Notes: a model not told the origin generated them from the sequence alone. Counted from the stretch's first letter, positions 36,243 through 46,730 are shown. The stretch is 56,856 bases of DNA from an uncultured Candidatus Saccharibacteria bacterium (GCA_964625245.1 CAZVAN010000002.1:1-56856); one strand, 5' to 3'. Translations and numbers: made by a program.

Positions 36243-37574
36243 ATGCTTATGCCCAAAGAGGACGAAGAAAAACTTGTCCACGACCTTAGAAGAGTCTTAA
36301 AAGCCAATGACCGCGGTGCCTGGACAGTTCCGGCTGGCAATCTATACCCCCATCAGTGGCTATGGGACAGCTGTTTTATTGCTATTGGCCTGCGTCATTT
36401 TAATGTCAAGCGCGCCCAAACAGAACTAGAGAGTCTGCTCCGCGGCCAGTGGACTAACGGTATGATGCCTAACCTAATTTTTATGAACGGCCCAGAATAT
36501 AAGCGCGACCGAGAAATTTGGCGGAGCTACTTGAGCCCCTATTCGCCGGAAGATGTATCCACTACCGGCTTAACTCAACCGCCAATGTTGGCCGAAGCCA
36601 CCCTTCTTGTGGGCAAAAAGCTATCCAGGACTGAGCGACGCAGTTGGTATAAAAAAATGTATCCGGCGATCCTCAGCTACCATGAGTGGCTTTATAATGA
36701 CCGCGATCCGCACGGCGAGGGCTTGGTGCTACTGCTGCATCCCTATGAATGCGGGTTAGACAGTACACCGCCCTGGATTAGCGAGCTACGAAAACACAGC
36801 ATGCCATGGTGGATACTAGCCATTGAACGACTCCATCTTGACGGAGTTGTAAATCTTGTGCGCCGCGATACCCGTCATGTGCCGCCCGGGCAGCGCATGA
36901 GTAACATTGAAGCCATGGCTTATTGGGCAGCCCTTCGCCGCTTGCGCCGCAAGGCCTATAATTCCGAGGCTATTTTGCCACGGTCGCTTTTTGCCGTCGA
37001 AGACCTGACTTTTAACTGCATCCTGATTAGAGCAAATACCTGTTTGTCTGAAATTGCCAAAGAGATTGGAGCGGAGCTGCCTAAAGAGCTAGTAGAAAAC
37101 GCTAGCCGGACTCGCATGGCTCTAGAAAAACTCTGGGATGACAATACCAGCCAGTACTACTCGCGGAGTTTTATAAGCCATAAACTCATAGAAGAACCGA
37201 GTATAGCTACCTTTATGCCGCTTTATGCTGGAGCTATAACAAAAGAAAAAGCCCAGCATTTGGTTAATCTGCTCAAGAAGCGCCGGACTTTTGCTACCGA
37301 CTGGCCAGTACCTAGCGTGCCGCTAAATTCTTCTTATTTTGAGCCATATAGATATTGGCAGGGCCCGACCTGGATAAATACCAACTGGCTAATAATTGAA
37401 GGTTTGAAGCGCTATGGATTTTCCGATGAAGCCGAAAAATTAGCCGTTAGCAGTGTTAAGCTGGTTACCCAGAGCGGTCCGTGGGAATATTTCAACCCCC
37501 TAGACGGCTCGCCGGCCGGCGCCGAAAACTTCAGCTGGACCGCCGCCCTAACTATTGATCTATTGAAAGGTTAG
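36243..37574 (+). CDS. (alpha/alpha)6-barrel glycoside hydrolase, GH63/GH37-like (mannosyl-/glucosylglycerate hydrolase-like)
   Basis: YPHQWLWDSCF, GPTWINTNWL and ENFSWTAA are motifs typical of this fold. Confidence 0.6.
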   Translation: MLMPKEDEEKLVHDLRRVLKANDRGAWTVPAGNLYPHQWLWDSCFIAIGLRHFNVKRAQTELESLLRGQWTNGMMPNLIFMNGPEYKRDREIWRSYLSPYSPEDVSTTGLTQPPMLAEATLLVGKKLSRTERRSWYKKMYPAILSYHEWLYNDRDPHGEGLVLLLHPYECGLDSTPPWISELRKHSMPWWILAIERLHLDGVVNLVRRDTRHVPPGQRMSNIEAMAYWAALRRLRRKAYNSEAILPRSLFAVEDLTFNCILIRANTCLSEIAKEIGAELPKELVENASRTRMALEKLWDDNTSQYYSRSFISHKLIEEPSIATFMPLYAGAITKEKAQHLVNLLKKRRTFATDWPVPSVPLNSSYFEPYRYWQGPTWINTNWLIIEGLKRYGFSDEAEKLAVSSVKLVTQSGPWEYFNPLDGSPAGAENFSWTAALTIDLLKG

Positions 37575-37588
37575 CGTGAGACAGATCT

Positions 37589-37825
37589 CTAGGTCTTCAC
37601 TAACTTCAGGTGGCGTAGGTCAATGGGCTCAGGATTATCCCACACTAGCCTAAGAGCCATCGCCCCAGCCTTGGGGCCTAAGTCGCGGGGATCTTTTGCA
37701 AACTCTCTGACCCCAGAGTCGGGCGGAAACAAATCGTCCACGCCTACAACTCCGCCCAAAAAATTAACGAACCTATCCACCCTTTCATCGGCGGTTAGTC
37801 CATCAATTTCGCCTAGCTGTTCCAT
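37589..37825 (-). CDS. Hypothetical protein (78 aa)
   Basis: ORF only. Confidence 0.35.
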   Translation of the reverse strand: MEQLGEIDGLTADERVDRFVNFLGGVVGVDDLFPPDSGVREFAKDPRDLGPKAGAMALRLVWDNPEPIDLRHLKLVKT

Positions 37826-37896
37826 GCCTCAACCATAGAGTTGTATTGCTATAACATCTAGACGTAGAGATTTGACTCAAATAGAATTGACTAATC

Positions 37897-38562
37897 ATGC
37901 ATCACATCCAAAAAGATATAGTCTTGAAACTTGCCCACAAAGAAAACGCCCGCTTTGCTGATTTAAAGCCCGCTAATCTGGACAGTAACACCTTCACTTA
38001 TCACCTTAAGCAGCTGATGGGTACCAAGCTGGTCATCAAGTCAGACGAGGGTCGCTATAGCCTTAGCCAGAAAGGCAAGCTGGCCGGCATTAATATAAGG
38101 CTGGATGCCAAGTCTGAGCTGGAGCAAGCACATTCAGTTCTTTACCTTGCGGCTCGCAATCCCGAGGGTAAATGGCTGCTTAGGAAGCGGTTGGTCCATC
38201 CGGCATATGGCAAGATTGGTTTCCTCCACGGAGAGCCCAATGCGAACGAAACTATCTACGAGACCGCTGCTAAGCTATTTAAGACGCGTACTGGCCTGGA
38301 TGGAGATTTTAAGGTCAGAGGTGGAGGCTACATAACGCTGATGAGGGATGATGAGTTAGAGAGCTTTTCGCACTTCACCTTGCTTTATGCAGAGAATGTT
38401 GAGGGCGAGCTAAGCTCTCCAGGCGAAAGCGGGCAAAACCTGTGGTACGGCGGCGATTTTAAAGACCCTGAGATGTTCCCTAATATGTCAAAGCTGATTG
38501 AGCTTGTAGAAGAGCCGGCTCAACTTTTCTTCGCGCTGCTTAATGACAATCTAGAAAATTAG
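37897..38562 (+). CDS. Winged-helix DNA-binding domain fused to a degenerate Nudix-like domain
   Basis: N-terminus: IVLKL....ARFADL......TFTYHLKQL. C-terminus: GEPNANETIYETAAKLFKTRTGL keeps the Gx5Ex7 spacing but lacks the REUXEE glutamates. Confidence 0.55.
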   Translation: MHHIQKDIVLKLAHKENARFADLKPANLDSNTFTYHLKQLMGTKLVIKSDEGRYSLSQKGKLAGINIRLDAKSELEQAHSVLYLAARNPEGKWLLRKRLVHPAYGKIGFLHGEPNANETIYETAAKLFKTRTGLDGDFKVRGGGYITLMRDDELESFSHFTLLYAENVEGELSSPGESGQNLWYGGDFKDPEMFPNMSKLIELVEEPAQLFFALLNDNLEN

Positions 38563-39629
38563 TCGTCTAGAATCGGGCGGTCGATTAGAGTCGGCTCAAC
38601 CGACGGTTTTGTGTCGGCGATTTTTACTATATCTTTATCAATCTTGCCGAGCTCTTTGTAGGTGGTGTTAAAGTGTCCCACGGTTGTACCTAGGCTGCTG
38701 CCGAGTTTTTGCATATAGCCGTTATGGGCCAAGAGATGTTTACTTAATTGCTCGATGTTTTTTCTAATTTTGTCGGTATCTTTTTGAATCTCTACACCAC
38801 GCAGTTGCTGTACCACTACCTGCAGCATGGCGCTCAGTGTACTAGGCCCAACAATGGTTACCCTTTTATCTTTAGCGGCATACTGCATCAAGTTGCGGCC
38901 AGAGACTCCCGCCGCCCCGATTTTATTGGCCAATAAATCATAGTAAATTGCCTCGCTTGGTATGAACATGAAGGCAAAATCCAGCGTGCCCTTGTTGGTT
39001 TGAATGTATTTGGCTGTTTCATCAACGCGGCGTTTTAAATCTTCTTTAAAGGCTCGCTCTAGCGCTGGTCGCTCGGCTTCTTTAGCATCAATCAGGCGAT
39101 TGTAGTTTTCCAGCGAGAATTTACTGTCAATTGGCAGAAGTTTGTCGTCAAGTTTAATAACAGCATCCACAGTCATACCAACGCCCATTTTGTACTGCAG
39201 CTCATAACTGCCCGGCGGCAACAAGTTTTTCAAGATCTGCTCAAGGTAATATTCTCCAAGTACTCCGCGTTGCTTGGGGTTTTGCAGGACATTCTGCAAA
39301 GTTTTAAGCTCGGCAGCCACATCACCAACGCTTTTATTGGTGCGGTCGAGCTCGGTCAGTTTTTGGGTAACGTCAGCAATGATTTTAGCGCTGGCCTGAA
39401 ATTGGGCCGACATCTGCTTATTGCTTTGGCCTAGCTGGTCGCTGAGCTGCTTTTGCAAGCCCTGCTGAAGCTGGCCCATAGCCTTAGTTAGCTCCGTCAT
39501 GTCGGCTTTGAGTAGCATAGTGGCATCGGTCTCAGTCGAGTCTTTTTTCTTTGGATTGAGAATAATCCAGACAACAAAACCAGCTAGGCTTATAACCAAA
39601 ACCGCCAAAATAATAACTGCCGCAATCAT
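38559..39629 (-). CDS. rmuC: DNA recombination protein RmuC
   Basis: N-terminal TM helix, coiled coil, and the RmuC nuclease-like C-terminus (FMFIPSEAIY). Confidence 0.88.
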   Translation of the reverse strand: MIAAVIILAVLVISLAGFVVWIILNPKKKDSTETDATMLLKADMTELTKAMGQLQQGLQKQLSDQLGQSNKQMSAQFQASAKIIADVTQKLTELDRTNKSVGDVAAELKTLQNVLQNPKQRGVLGEYYLEQILKNLLPPGSYELQYKMGVGMTVDAVIKLDDKLLPIDSKFSLENYNRLIDAKEAERPALERAFKEDLKRRVDETAKYIQTNKGTLDFAFMFIPSEAIYYDLLANKIGAAGVSGRNLMQYAAKDKRVTIVGPSTLSAMLQVVVQQLRGVEIQKDTDKIRKNIEQLSKHLLAHNGYMQKLGSSLGTTVGHFNTTYKELGKIDKDIVKIADTKPSVEPTLIDRPILDD

Positions 39630-39665
39630 GTCTCTATTGTACAGGTTTGTAGCGTGATTAATCCC

Positions 39666-39833
39666 CTACTTACTGCAGTTGGGATCGGTCCATAGTAACG
39701 TTCCTGTTTTTGTGTATGTATTTACAGGCCCGCACGATTGGTGGGAGCGATTATAGGTAAACCAACCGCCGGCGGCTAATAATACGACAGTGACTATCAA
39801 TAAGCTAAATAGCCTCTTCTTACTTACTTTCAT
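39666..39833 (-). CDS. Small (55 aa) membrane-anchored protein with two Cys
   Basis: This ORF is not in the supplied track. My manual translation is MKVSKKRLFSLLIVTVVLLAAGGWF...CGPVNTY...DPNCSK. Confidence 0.35.
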   Translation of the reverse strand: MKVSKKRLFSLLIVTVVLLAAGGWFTYNRSHQSCGPVNTYTKTGTLLWTDPNCSK

Positions 39834-39852
39834 ATGCTAAATCTTACTACAG

Positions 39853-40431
39853 CTAGTCTTGGACAACTACAGTAGTGCCTACGGGGGCCCAGGCGTAAAG
39901 CCATTTCATAGCAGCCAAAGGCATTTCTACGCAGCCGTGGCTGGCCTCTTTGCTGTTAGGGTCTATCTTGCCAAAGTCGCCGCCAGCCCGCCAGGTAGCA
40001 TCATGGAAGCCGTAGGTACCGTATTGATTATCCAAAAACGGCATCCAGTAACTAACCGAGTCGCTCCAGCTGCCGCTGGCGTCCGAGCCCTTTAAGACTG
40101 TGTCCGTGGCTTTAGCGTAAATCTTATAGGTTCCGCGCGGTGTAAGGTCGGCCGGGTACATTTCCATTCCCGTGATTACCGGATTGTCATAAACCGTCTT
40201 GGCTGACTGGCAAGCCCACATATGCCGTTTACTAACGCTGACAACAACCTCCTTATCAAGAAGGCTTTTCTTGCAGTGGCTGGCTAGTTCATCGGTGGCT
40301 GCCTTTGCCGCCTCAGCGGCGGCTTTTTGAGTTGCTGCCACATACATCTGCGCGTTGTGGTGGTTTTTATAAACGTAGCCGCCAACCGCCAGAACCATCA
40401 ATACTAGAACCGCCAGTTTTATTTTTAGCAT
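39853..40431 (-). CDS. L,D-transpeptidase (YkuD domain)
   Basis: SHGCVEMP catalytic motif and an N-terminal TM helix. I trimmed the start to MLKIKLA. Confidence 0.85.
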   Translation of the reverse strand: MLKIKLAVLVLMVLAVGGYVYKNHHNAQMYVAATQKAAAEAAKAATDELASHCKKSLLDKEVVVSVSKRHMWACQSAKTVYDNPVITGMEMYPADLTPRGTYKIYAKATDTVLKGSDASGSWSDSVSYWMPFLDNQYGTYGFHDATWRAGGDFGKIDPNSKEASHGCVEMPLAAMKWLYAWAPVGTTVVVQD

Positions 40432-40450
40432 GTTCTTTATTATAGCCCGC

Positions 40451-41176
40451 TCAGGCAAAGCGAGTAACGACGAACATAAAAAGCGCGCCAAGTACAGTCA
40501 AACCGATAGTTACGCGGGAGCTATCTTTACTGTGAGCTTGGGGTAGAATATCGCTGGCACCGATATATAACAAAAAGCCCGCGAAGAAGCCCAGGTAAAG
40601 AATCAGCCCGTAGGAAGGCAGCGTAAACAATAGGGTAGATGCGGCGCCCACTACCGGCGCAAACGCGTCGAGCAGCAACATTTTTTTGGCACGAGCGGTA
40701 GTATTTTTATTGTGCAGCATCAATATCACTGTGTTCATCCCGTCGGTGAAATCATGGGCAATAACGGCAATAGCTACGGCGATGCCTACGGCATTGCCAG
40801 CTTGGAAGCCCAACCCAATACCAACACCGTCCAGAAAACTATGGCCGGACAGCGCCAGCGCACTAGCTATGCCAACGTGGGGATGAACATGCTGGCCATA
40901 GTGTCTTTCGTGGACAGAATGAAGCAAAATCGATTTTTCAATAATATGAAAAACCAAGAAGCCTAAAACGAGAGCGACCATTGGTCCGGTAGGGTTGAAA
41001 TTTCCCTCGCGCATACGGTCGAAGATTTCCGGCAGAAGATCAAAGGCTACTACGCCCAGAAGTACGCCAGCCGTATAGCCCATGATGCGGTGAATTATCT
41101 TCTGGTTTTTAAGAGCTGTTATGCCGCCTAGGAACGTAGAAAAGAAGGTGGCGATAGATAAAACTATGGGAAGCAT
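40451..41176 (-). CDS. ZIP family metal (zinc) transporter
   Basis: Polytopic with HSFLDGVGIG and AHDFTDG motifs. I trimmed the start to MLPIVLS. Confidence 0.85.
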   Translation of the reverse strand: MLPIVLSIATFFSTFLGGITALKNQKIIHRIMGYTAGVLLGVVAFDLLPEIFDRMREGNFNPTGPMVALVLGFLVFHIIEKSILLHSVHERHYGQHVHPHVGIASALALSGHSFLDGVGIGLGFQAGNAVGIAVAIAVIAHDFTDGMNTVILMLHNKNTTARAKKMLLLDAFAPVVGAASTLLFTLPSYGLILYLGFFAGFLLYIGASDILPQAHSKDSSRVTIGLTVLGALFMFVVTRFA

Positions 41177-41240
41177 TGCTCCAAAATAACTGCTTGCGTA
41201 AATATTTGCAAATTTGTCGCAATTATCTATAATTTTGCAT
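41177..41240. promoter_or_regulatory. Divergent ZIP/zur control region with AT-rich TTGCA repeats (candidate Zur operator)
   Basis: Imperfect palindrome TTGCgtaaatatttGCAA plus further TTGCA/GCAA half-sites. Confidence 0.3.
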
Positions 41241-41654
41241 ATGTATGACACACTCAGCGCCGTTCTAAAACAAAAGGGCTATAGCCTAACTTCCCCCCGT
41301 AAACTAATCTTTGAGCTAATGCTGAATAGCGGGCCTCTGACTATTGCTGAGCTAATAGCCAAAGCTGGGGACACAATAGACCGAGCCACGGTCTACCGGA
41401 CGACCGAATTGTTTGAAGAACTTGGTATTGCCCACCGTTTGAATATCGGCTGGAAGTACAAGTTGGAACTCAGCGACGCGTTCGTTGGACATCATCATCA
41501 CCTGCACTGCACTAACTGCGGTAAAACCTATGATTTACCAGCAAATACGATGCTCGAGACAATGATAGATTCAGTAGCCGCTAAGGAAAGTTTCTCGCCC
41601 CGTGGCCACCAGTTAGAAATTTATGGACTGTGCGCTCAGTGCTCTAAGAACTAA
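41241..41654 (+). CDS. Fur family regulator (Zur-like)
   Basis: wHTH region, the HHHHLHC..CG metal site and C..C at the C-terminus. It is divergent from the ZIP transporter. Confidence 0.82.
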   Translation: MYDTLSAVLKQKGYSLTSPRKLIFELMLNSGPLTIAELIAKAGDTIDRATVYRTTELFEELGIAHRLNIGWKYKLELSDAFVGHHHHLHCTNCGKTYDLPANTMLETMIDSVAAKESFSPRGHQLEIYGLCAQCSKN

Positions 41655-43123
41655 GCCCCGCCTGTTATGGCTCCACTGGGGTCGACGATTTCGTTCTTTA
41701 CAAGGAAAAATACTGCTACGGCCGCAACCAGCGCCAGACCAGCGCCTACATGCAGCGCTGATTGGTAGCCATGAACCTGGGCATACTTGGCGGCGACTCC
41801 CGCGTGAGTCTGGGTTTTAACGGTGGAAAATGCTACAGCCGACAGGACCGCTAGGCCAATGGCTCCACCGACTTGCTGAGAGGTATTTAGGACTCCGGAA
41901 GCAATACCCGAAAGTCGCTTGGGTACTCCAGAAGTGGCCGCTAATGTGCCTGAAACGAACGTCAAACCCATACCCGACGCCACTAGAGCCAGACCGGGAA
42001 AGACATTGTGCCAATAGTTACCGCCAACCTTCATGGTGTGGGCAATTACAAACAGCCCCAGCGCCAAGACAAGCGGGCCAAGATTCAGGGTTGGCTTATA
42101 GCCAATTTTAGGTACGATCTTGGATACGACACCGGAAAGAGTCGCAATCACCAGCGTTACCGGCAAGAAGCAGACACCGGTTTTAACTGGTGAAAAGCCA
42201 AGAACTTGCTGAACGTAAAGCGTCATGAAGAAGAACATAGAAAATAACGTGCAGGATATTGCCAAAAATGCGGCGTTACCACCAAGCACGTTGCGTATCC
42301 GGAACAAACTGAGCGGCAGCATTGGCTGTTTAGACTTGCGCTCGTTAATCACAAACCCAATCAGCAGCACGATCCCGGCAGCGATAAACTCCCACACGAT
42401 TTTGGAATTCCAGCCGTCTTTAGGCGCTTTAGAAAGCCCGTAGACCAAACTCATAAGTCCGGCTGTGGCCAGAGCTGCGCCTGGCAAGTCGAGTTTCAGC
42501 TTCTTATTATCTTCCCCGATGTGATGGGGTAGCATACGTATCGATGCCAAAAGCACAAAAATACCAACCGGAACATTTACGAAGAAGTTCCAGCGCCAGT
42601 TGAGGTATTGAGTCAATATACCGCCCAGCAGCAGCCCCACGGCAGCGCCGCCAGCTGATACTGCTGCCCAGATACCAAGGGCTGTATTGCGTTCTTGGCC
42701 CTCTTTAAACTCACTAATAACGATTGATAGAGCCGCTGGGGACATAAATGCGCCCGCCAGACCTTGAGCTGCTCGGGCGATAATAACTTGGGTATCAGTA
42801 GCAGCCATCCCGCACAAAAATGACATCAAGGCGAAGAAAAAGACCGAACCTATAAATATATTTCGGCGGCCGTAAATATCGGCCGCGCGACCTCCGAGCA
42901 ACAAGAATCCACCAAAGGTCAAGGTATAGGCCGTGACGACCCATTGTAAATTATTAGAGGCAAAGTGTAGGGCGCTAGCCATGCTCGGCAAAGCAACATT
43001 AACCACGGTGACATCGAGAACGACCATGAATTGGGCGATTACCAGCAGTGCTAGGATTAACCACTTATTTTCAGCGTGTTTTGAGAGATTTCGATTTCGT
43101 TCTGCGTTTTTAGTATTAGCCAC
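41651..43123 (-). CDS. MFS transporter, DHA2 (EmrB/QacA, 14-TMS) family
   Basis: 490 aa with the motif GGRAADIYGRR. Confidence 0.85.
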   Translation of the reverse strand: MANTKNAERNRNLSKHAENKWLILALLVIAQFMVVLDVTVVNVALPSMASALHFASNNLQWVVTAYTLTFGGFLLLGGRAADIYGRRNIFIGSVFFFALMSFLCGMAATDTQVIIARAAQGLAGAFMSPAALSIVISEFKEGQERNTALGIWAAVSAGGAAVGLLLGGILTQYLNWRWNFFVNVPVGIFVLLASIRMLPHHIGEDNKKLKLDLPGAALATAGLMSLVYGLSKAPKDGWNSKIVWEFIAAGIVLLIGFVINERKSKQPMLPLSLFRIRNVLGGNAAFLAISCTLFSMFFFMTLYVQQVLGFSPVKTGVCFLPVTLVIATLSGVVSKIVPKIGYKPTLNLGPLVLALGLFVIAHTMKVGGNYWHNVFPGLALVASGMGLTFVSGTLAATSGVPKRLSGIASGVLNTSQQVGGAIGLAVLSAVAFSTVKTQTHAGVAAKYAQVHGYQSALHVGAGLALVAAVAVFFLVKNEIVDPSGAITGGA

Positions 43124-43251
43124 TGGTGATACCCGTCCTTTCTAACTCCTCCATTTTGAACTTTAAGTTTTAAATATATAACAACGGCTAGCGATTTGAC
43201 AGTAAAATTTTGTCTCGCCAGCCAAAATGCTTTAGGTTAAACTGAACGAGG

Positions 43252-44430
43252 ATGCATAAAAAAGAAAAGGTCATAATTGCGGGCGGCGGCTTTGGTGGGA
43301 TTAAGGCGGCCTTAGAACTAGCCAACAAGCCAGAGTTTGACGTAACCCTTATTTCAGATCAGCCAAATTTTCGCTATTATCCTACCCTCTATCACGCCGC
43401 CACCGGTGGCAAAGTAGCGGCTTCGTCCATCCCGCTTGACGAAATCTTTAGAGACAAGGGTGTGCAAGTCGTCACCGATTCAATCAAACACATTAATCGC
43501 GACAAAAAAACCGTAATTGGTAAAAAGTCTTATGAGTACGACACTTTGATACTGGCGTTGGGCGTCGTTACTAATTTCTTTGGCATTAAGGGTCTGAGTG
43601 AATATGCTTATGGCATAAAGACTATTGAGGAGGCTCAGCGACTGCGAGACCACATCCATAAACACCTGGTTGATGAGCGCAAACCTGACCTGAATTACGT
43701 AGTCATTGGCGGTGGCCCAACCGGCGTGGAACTGGCCGGAGCCTTGCCCAGCTATATCCGCCACATCATGGCCCGCCACGGTCTAAAAGACACTCGTGTC
43801 CACGTAGATCTAGTCGAAGCTGCTCCGCGGCTGATGCCGCGCATGCCGCGAGCCTACTCCAAGGCTCTAGCTCGCCAACTCAAAAAAATGGGTGTCAAAC
43901 TCTATCTTGGCGAAACCGTTGAGGCTGAAACCGCTGACTTTCTCAATTTCTCCGAGCATACCCTGGAAAGCCACACCGTAATCTGGACAGCCGGCGTTAC
44001 CAACCACCCGTTTTTTAAAGACAATAATTTCACCTTAACACCGCGCGGAAAAGTACTAGTTAACGAATATCTGGAGACCGAGCGTCATATTTACGTGGTG
44101 GGTGACAACGCCGACACTACCTATTCCGGAATGGCGCAAACAGCCTTGCATGACGGTAAGACCGTGGCTCACAACTTGATCCGCCAGTTTAATGACAAGC
44201 CAAGACTCGCCTACGAAGCGGTTAAGCCAGCTTATGCCACGCCAGCCGGACCGCGTTGGGCGGCATTACTTTGGGGGCCATTCCATACTTACGGCTGGTT
44301 GGGTTGGGTTTTGCGTAGCGCCGCCGATTGGATAGCCTATCACGACCTGGAACCGGTCTGGCAAGCTACCAAACACTGGATGGCGGAAATCGGCGAAGAA
44401 GAAACCTGTCCGGTTTGCAAGTCTGACTAA
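43252..44430 (+). CDS. ndh: Type II NADH dehydrogenase (NDH-2)
   Basis: Two dinucleotide folds, GGGFGG and GGGPTGVE. Confidence 0.85.
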   Translation: MHKKEKVIIAGGGFGGIKAALELANKPEFDVTLISDQPNFRYYPTLYHAATGGKVAASSIPLDEIFRDKGVQVVTDSIKHINRDKKTVIGKKSYEYDTLILALGVVTNFFGIKGLSEYAYGIKTIEEAQRLRDHIHKHLVDERKPDLNYVVIGGGPTGVELAGALPSYIRHIMARHGLKDTRVHVDLVEAAPRLMPRMPRAYSKALARQLKKMGVKLYLGETVEAETADFLNFSEHTLESHTVIWTAGVTNHPFFKDNNFTLTPRGKVLVNEYLETERHIYVVGDNADTTYSGMAQTALHDGKTVAHNLIRQFNDKPRLAYEAVKPAYATPAGPRWAALLWGPFHTYGWLGWVLRSAADWIAYHDLEPVWQATKHWMAEIGEEETCPVCKSD

Positions 44431-44481
44431 GACGACCTTAAGCCGCCTCTCAGGCTTTAAGCTGATATTATTAGGTATAAC

Positions 44482-46005
44482 GTGAAGCAACTAACTTTAT
44501 TTATACAGAAGATGGGTGATGGCTTGGATGCCCAGCTGGACAAGCTGACAACTTACCGGCTGGTTCTATATCTTTTATGCATCTATGTAGGCGTGGCTAG
44601 CCTGCTGGGCTTTGCTGGTAAGTTGGGCTTTAGCGGTTTGTCGATTCTGGGCTCGGTCGTATGGTTAGTGGCGGTTTGCCGGGCAACTAACTGGTCGATT
44701 AGCAAGTTTTTTAAATTGCCCCGCAACCATGAATCCGACCTGATATCGGCCTTGATATTGTCATTAATTCTAACACCGGCTAGTGACCTTCATAGCTATG
44801 TGGTTCTGGCCGGAGCCGGCGTGGCGGCCATGGGCTCTAAGTATTTGCTGACATTTTACAGACGCCATATTTTTAACCCGGCTGCTCTTGGCGCCTTTAT
44901 ATCGGGAATTTTGTTCCACCAATACGCCAGCTGGTGGGTGGGGACTCATACTCTGGCTCCGTTTCTGCTCATTGGCGGTCTGCTAATCTTACGTAAAATG
45001 AAACGAACCCAGATTGTCGGCCTGTTTGTTTTTATTTATCTGGCATATCTAATTCTGCATAGCTCTACCGGTATTACCGGTCACCTGATATGGGTCGGTC
45101 TGGTTTCCACTCCCCTGTTATTCTTTACCACCGTCATGTTGACCGAGCCGCTTACTTCGCCAACTTCCTTCAGGAAAGGCCTGGTATATGCCGCGGTGGT
45201 GGGGCTGCTATATTCAGTTGCCGCCGCTCACTTTTCGCCGGAGAAAGCTTTGCTAGCTGGTAACGTCCTGGCCTTTGCTATGACGCCTAGCCGCAGCCTG
45301 CTCTACAAACTCATTAATCGGAGCAAAGAGGCGGAAGGCATCTATAGTTTTACCTTTGAGTCACCGCGTAAAATCAATTTTCAGGCTGGTCAGTACATGG
45401 AGTGGACCTTGCCGGGAGTAGCCGCCGATAGCCGCGGCAACCGCCGCTATCTGACTGTGGCCAGCTCGCCGACCGAGGAAAATCTAATGTTTACCGTCAA
45501 AATCCCGAGCCAGTCTAGCAGCTTCAAGACTAGTCTTATGAACATGAAACCAGGTGATCAGATTCTGGCTTCTCAGTTGGGAGGGGATTTTACGCTGCCC
45601 AAAGATAATACCCAGAAGCTGGCCTTCATTGCCGGCGGAGTTGGTATAACTCCTTTTCACAGCATGCTCAAATATCTGGTAGACACCAACCAGAAAATCG
45701 ACGCCCATTTATTTTATTCGTTGAATTCGCCGGCCGAACTGGCATATAAAAACTTGCTGGTGACGGCTCAGGGCCAGGGGCTAAAGAATCATATCGTTAT
45801 CAGTAAGGACGCTCCGGCTGGCTGGAAGGGTTTGACTGGATATATCGACGAAAGGTTAATTGGTGTCAGCCTACCTGATTACATGCAGCGCCACTTTTAC
45901 ATATCCGGCCCACAGGGATTTGTCTCCGCGGTGCACCAATCTCTGCTCCGACTCGGCGTTGAGCACGCACACATCAAGACAGACTTTTTCCCGGGCTACA
46001 ACTAA
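44482..46005 (+). CDS. Polytopic NqrB/RnfD-like membrane domain fused to an FNR-type FAD/NAD(P)-binding reductase
   Basis: N-terminal multi-TM region (LLIGGLLILRK). The C-terminus has RRYLTVAS (RxYS-type) and GGVGITPF. GTG start, with an alternative ATG at 44512. Confidence 0.7.
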   Translation: MKQLTLFIQKMGDGLDAQLDKLTTYRLVLYLLCIYVGVASLLGFAGKLGFSGLSILGSVVWLVAVCRATNWSISKFFKLPRNHESDLISALILSLILTPASDLHSYVVLAGAGVAAMGSKYLLTFYRRHIFNPAALGAFISGILFHQYASWWVGTHTLAPFLLIGGLLILRKMKRTQIVGLFVFIYLAYLILHSSTGITGHLIWVGLVSTPLLFFTTVMLTEPLTSPTSFRKGLVYAAVVGLLYSVAAAHFSPEKALLAGNVLAFAMTPSRSLLYKLINRSKEAEGIYSFTFESPRKINFQAGQYMEWTLPGVAADSRGNRRYLTVASSPTEENLMFTVKIPSQSSSFKTSLMNMKPGDQILASQLGGDFTLPKDNTQKLAFIAGGVGITPFHSMLKYLVDTNQKIDAHLFYSLNSPAELAYKNLLVTAQGQGLKNHIVISKDAPAGWKGLTGYIDERLIGVSLPDYMQRHFYISGPQGFVSAVHQSLLRLGVEHAHIKTDFFPGYN

Positions 46006-46730
46006 GCTAGTAGTGCTTGCATGCCGGCAGTCATAGAAATTTTGCCGGTTTTGTCTACCGCGTAGGCTTCATAGCCACGGGCTTGACCTCCAACGAAATT
46101 GAGGCCAAATTTACCTTGCACGAAAGCGGTGGTGGCCAGTACATCAGCGTTGATAATATCCGGGCCAACAACACTAATACTCAAAATTGAATCCGCTGGC
46201 TTACCTGTTTTTGGGCTAACAATATGTAGACCTCTCTCGTAATTCCCACTAGTTGCAATTGCCATATTTTTAACTGCAACGCCTGCGAGTATGGCGCCCC
46301 TGTTCTGCGGGTTTTGGATACCAATTTTCCAAACTTTATCGGAATCACTGGCTGCCAGGATATCGCCACCTATAGCTATACAAAAAGTATTGTAGCCGCC
46401 CTTTTTGATAATTTTAGCGGCCTCGTTTATCGCCCAGCCCTTGACATAGCCGGATGGGTCAAAAGAACCAGTGGCCCATGCCGAAAAAAAGCCTTGAGTC
46501 GCTTGCTCGGCTGCTTTACAGGCTTTAATTATGGCCTTTAGGTCCCGGCTCACGTTCGGTTCGGCAATCTCTCCCCTGCCGTAGCGTGAAACTTCGCTCT
46601 CTGGCTTATATGTACTAAATTGACTATCGATTTCTCTCAGCCGCGCAAAAACTTTTTCAAAGATAACTTCTTTGGCCCCCGGAATATCAATACTGACTCC
46701 CGTGCCCATTATGATTCGGCTGACTCTCAT
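46002..46730 (-). CDS. apbE: ApbE-family FAD:protein FMN transferase (no obvious signal peptide)
   Basis: MGT..SI, FDPSGYVKGWA, GGD and ATSGNYERG motifs. Confidence 0.85.
   Translation of the reverse strand: MRVSRIIMGTGVSIDIPGAKEVIFEKVFARLREIDSQFSTYKPESEVSRYGRGEIAEPNVSRDLKAIIKACKAAEQATQGFFSAWATGSFDPSGYVKGWAINEAAKIIKKGGYNTFCIAIGGDILAASDSDKVWKIGIQNPQNRGAILAGVAVKNMAIATSGNYERGLHIVSPKTGKPADSILSISVVGPDIINADVLATTAFVQGKFGLNFVGGQARGYEAYAVDKTGKISMTAGMQALLA

Noticed and set aside
39853-39875. Similarity of cttggacaactacag to the repeat box gaaggacaactacg
   Set aside because: It lies inside the L,D-transpeptidase coding sequence, the match is short, and none of the associated hairpins are present.
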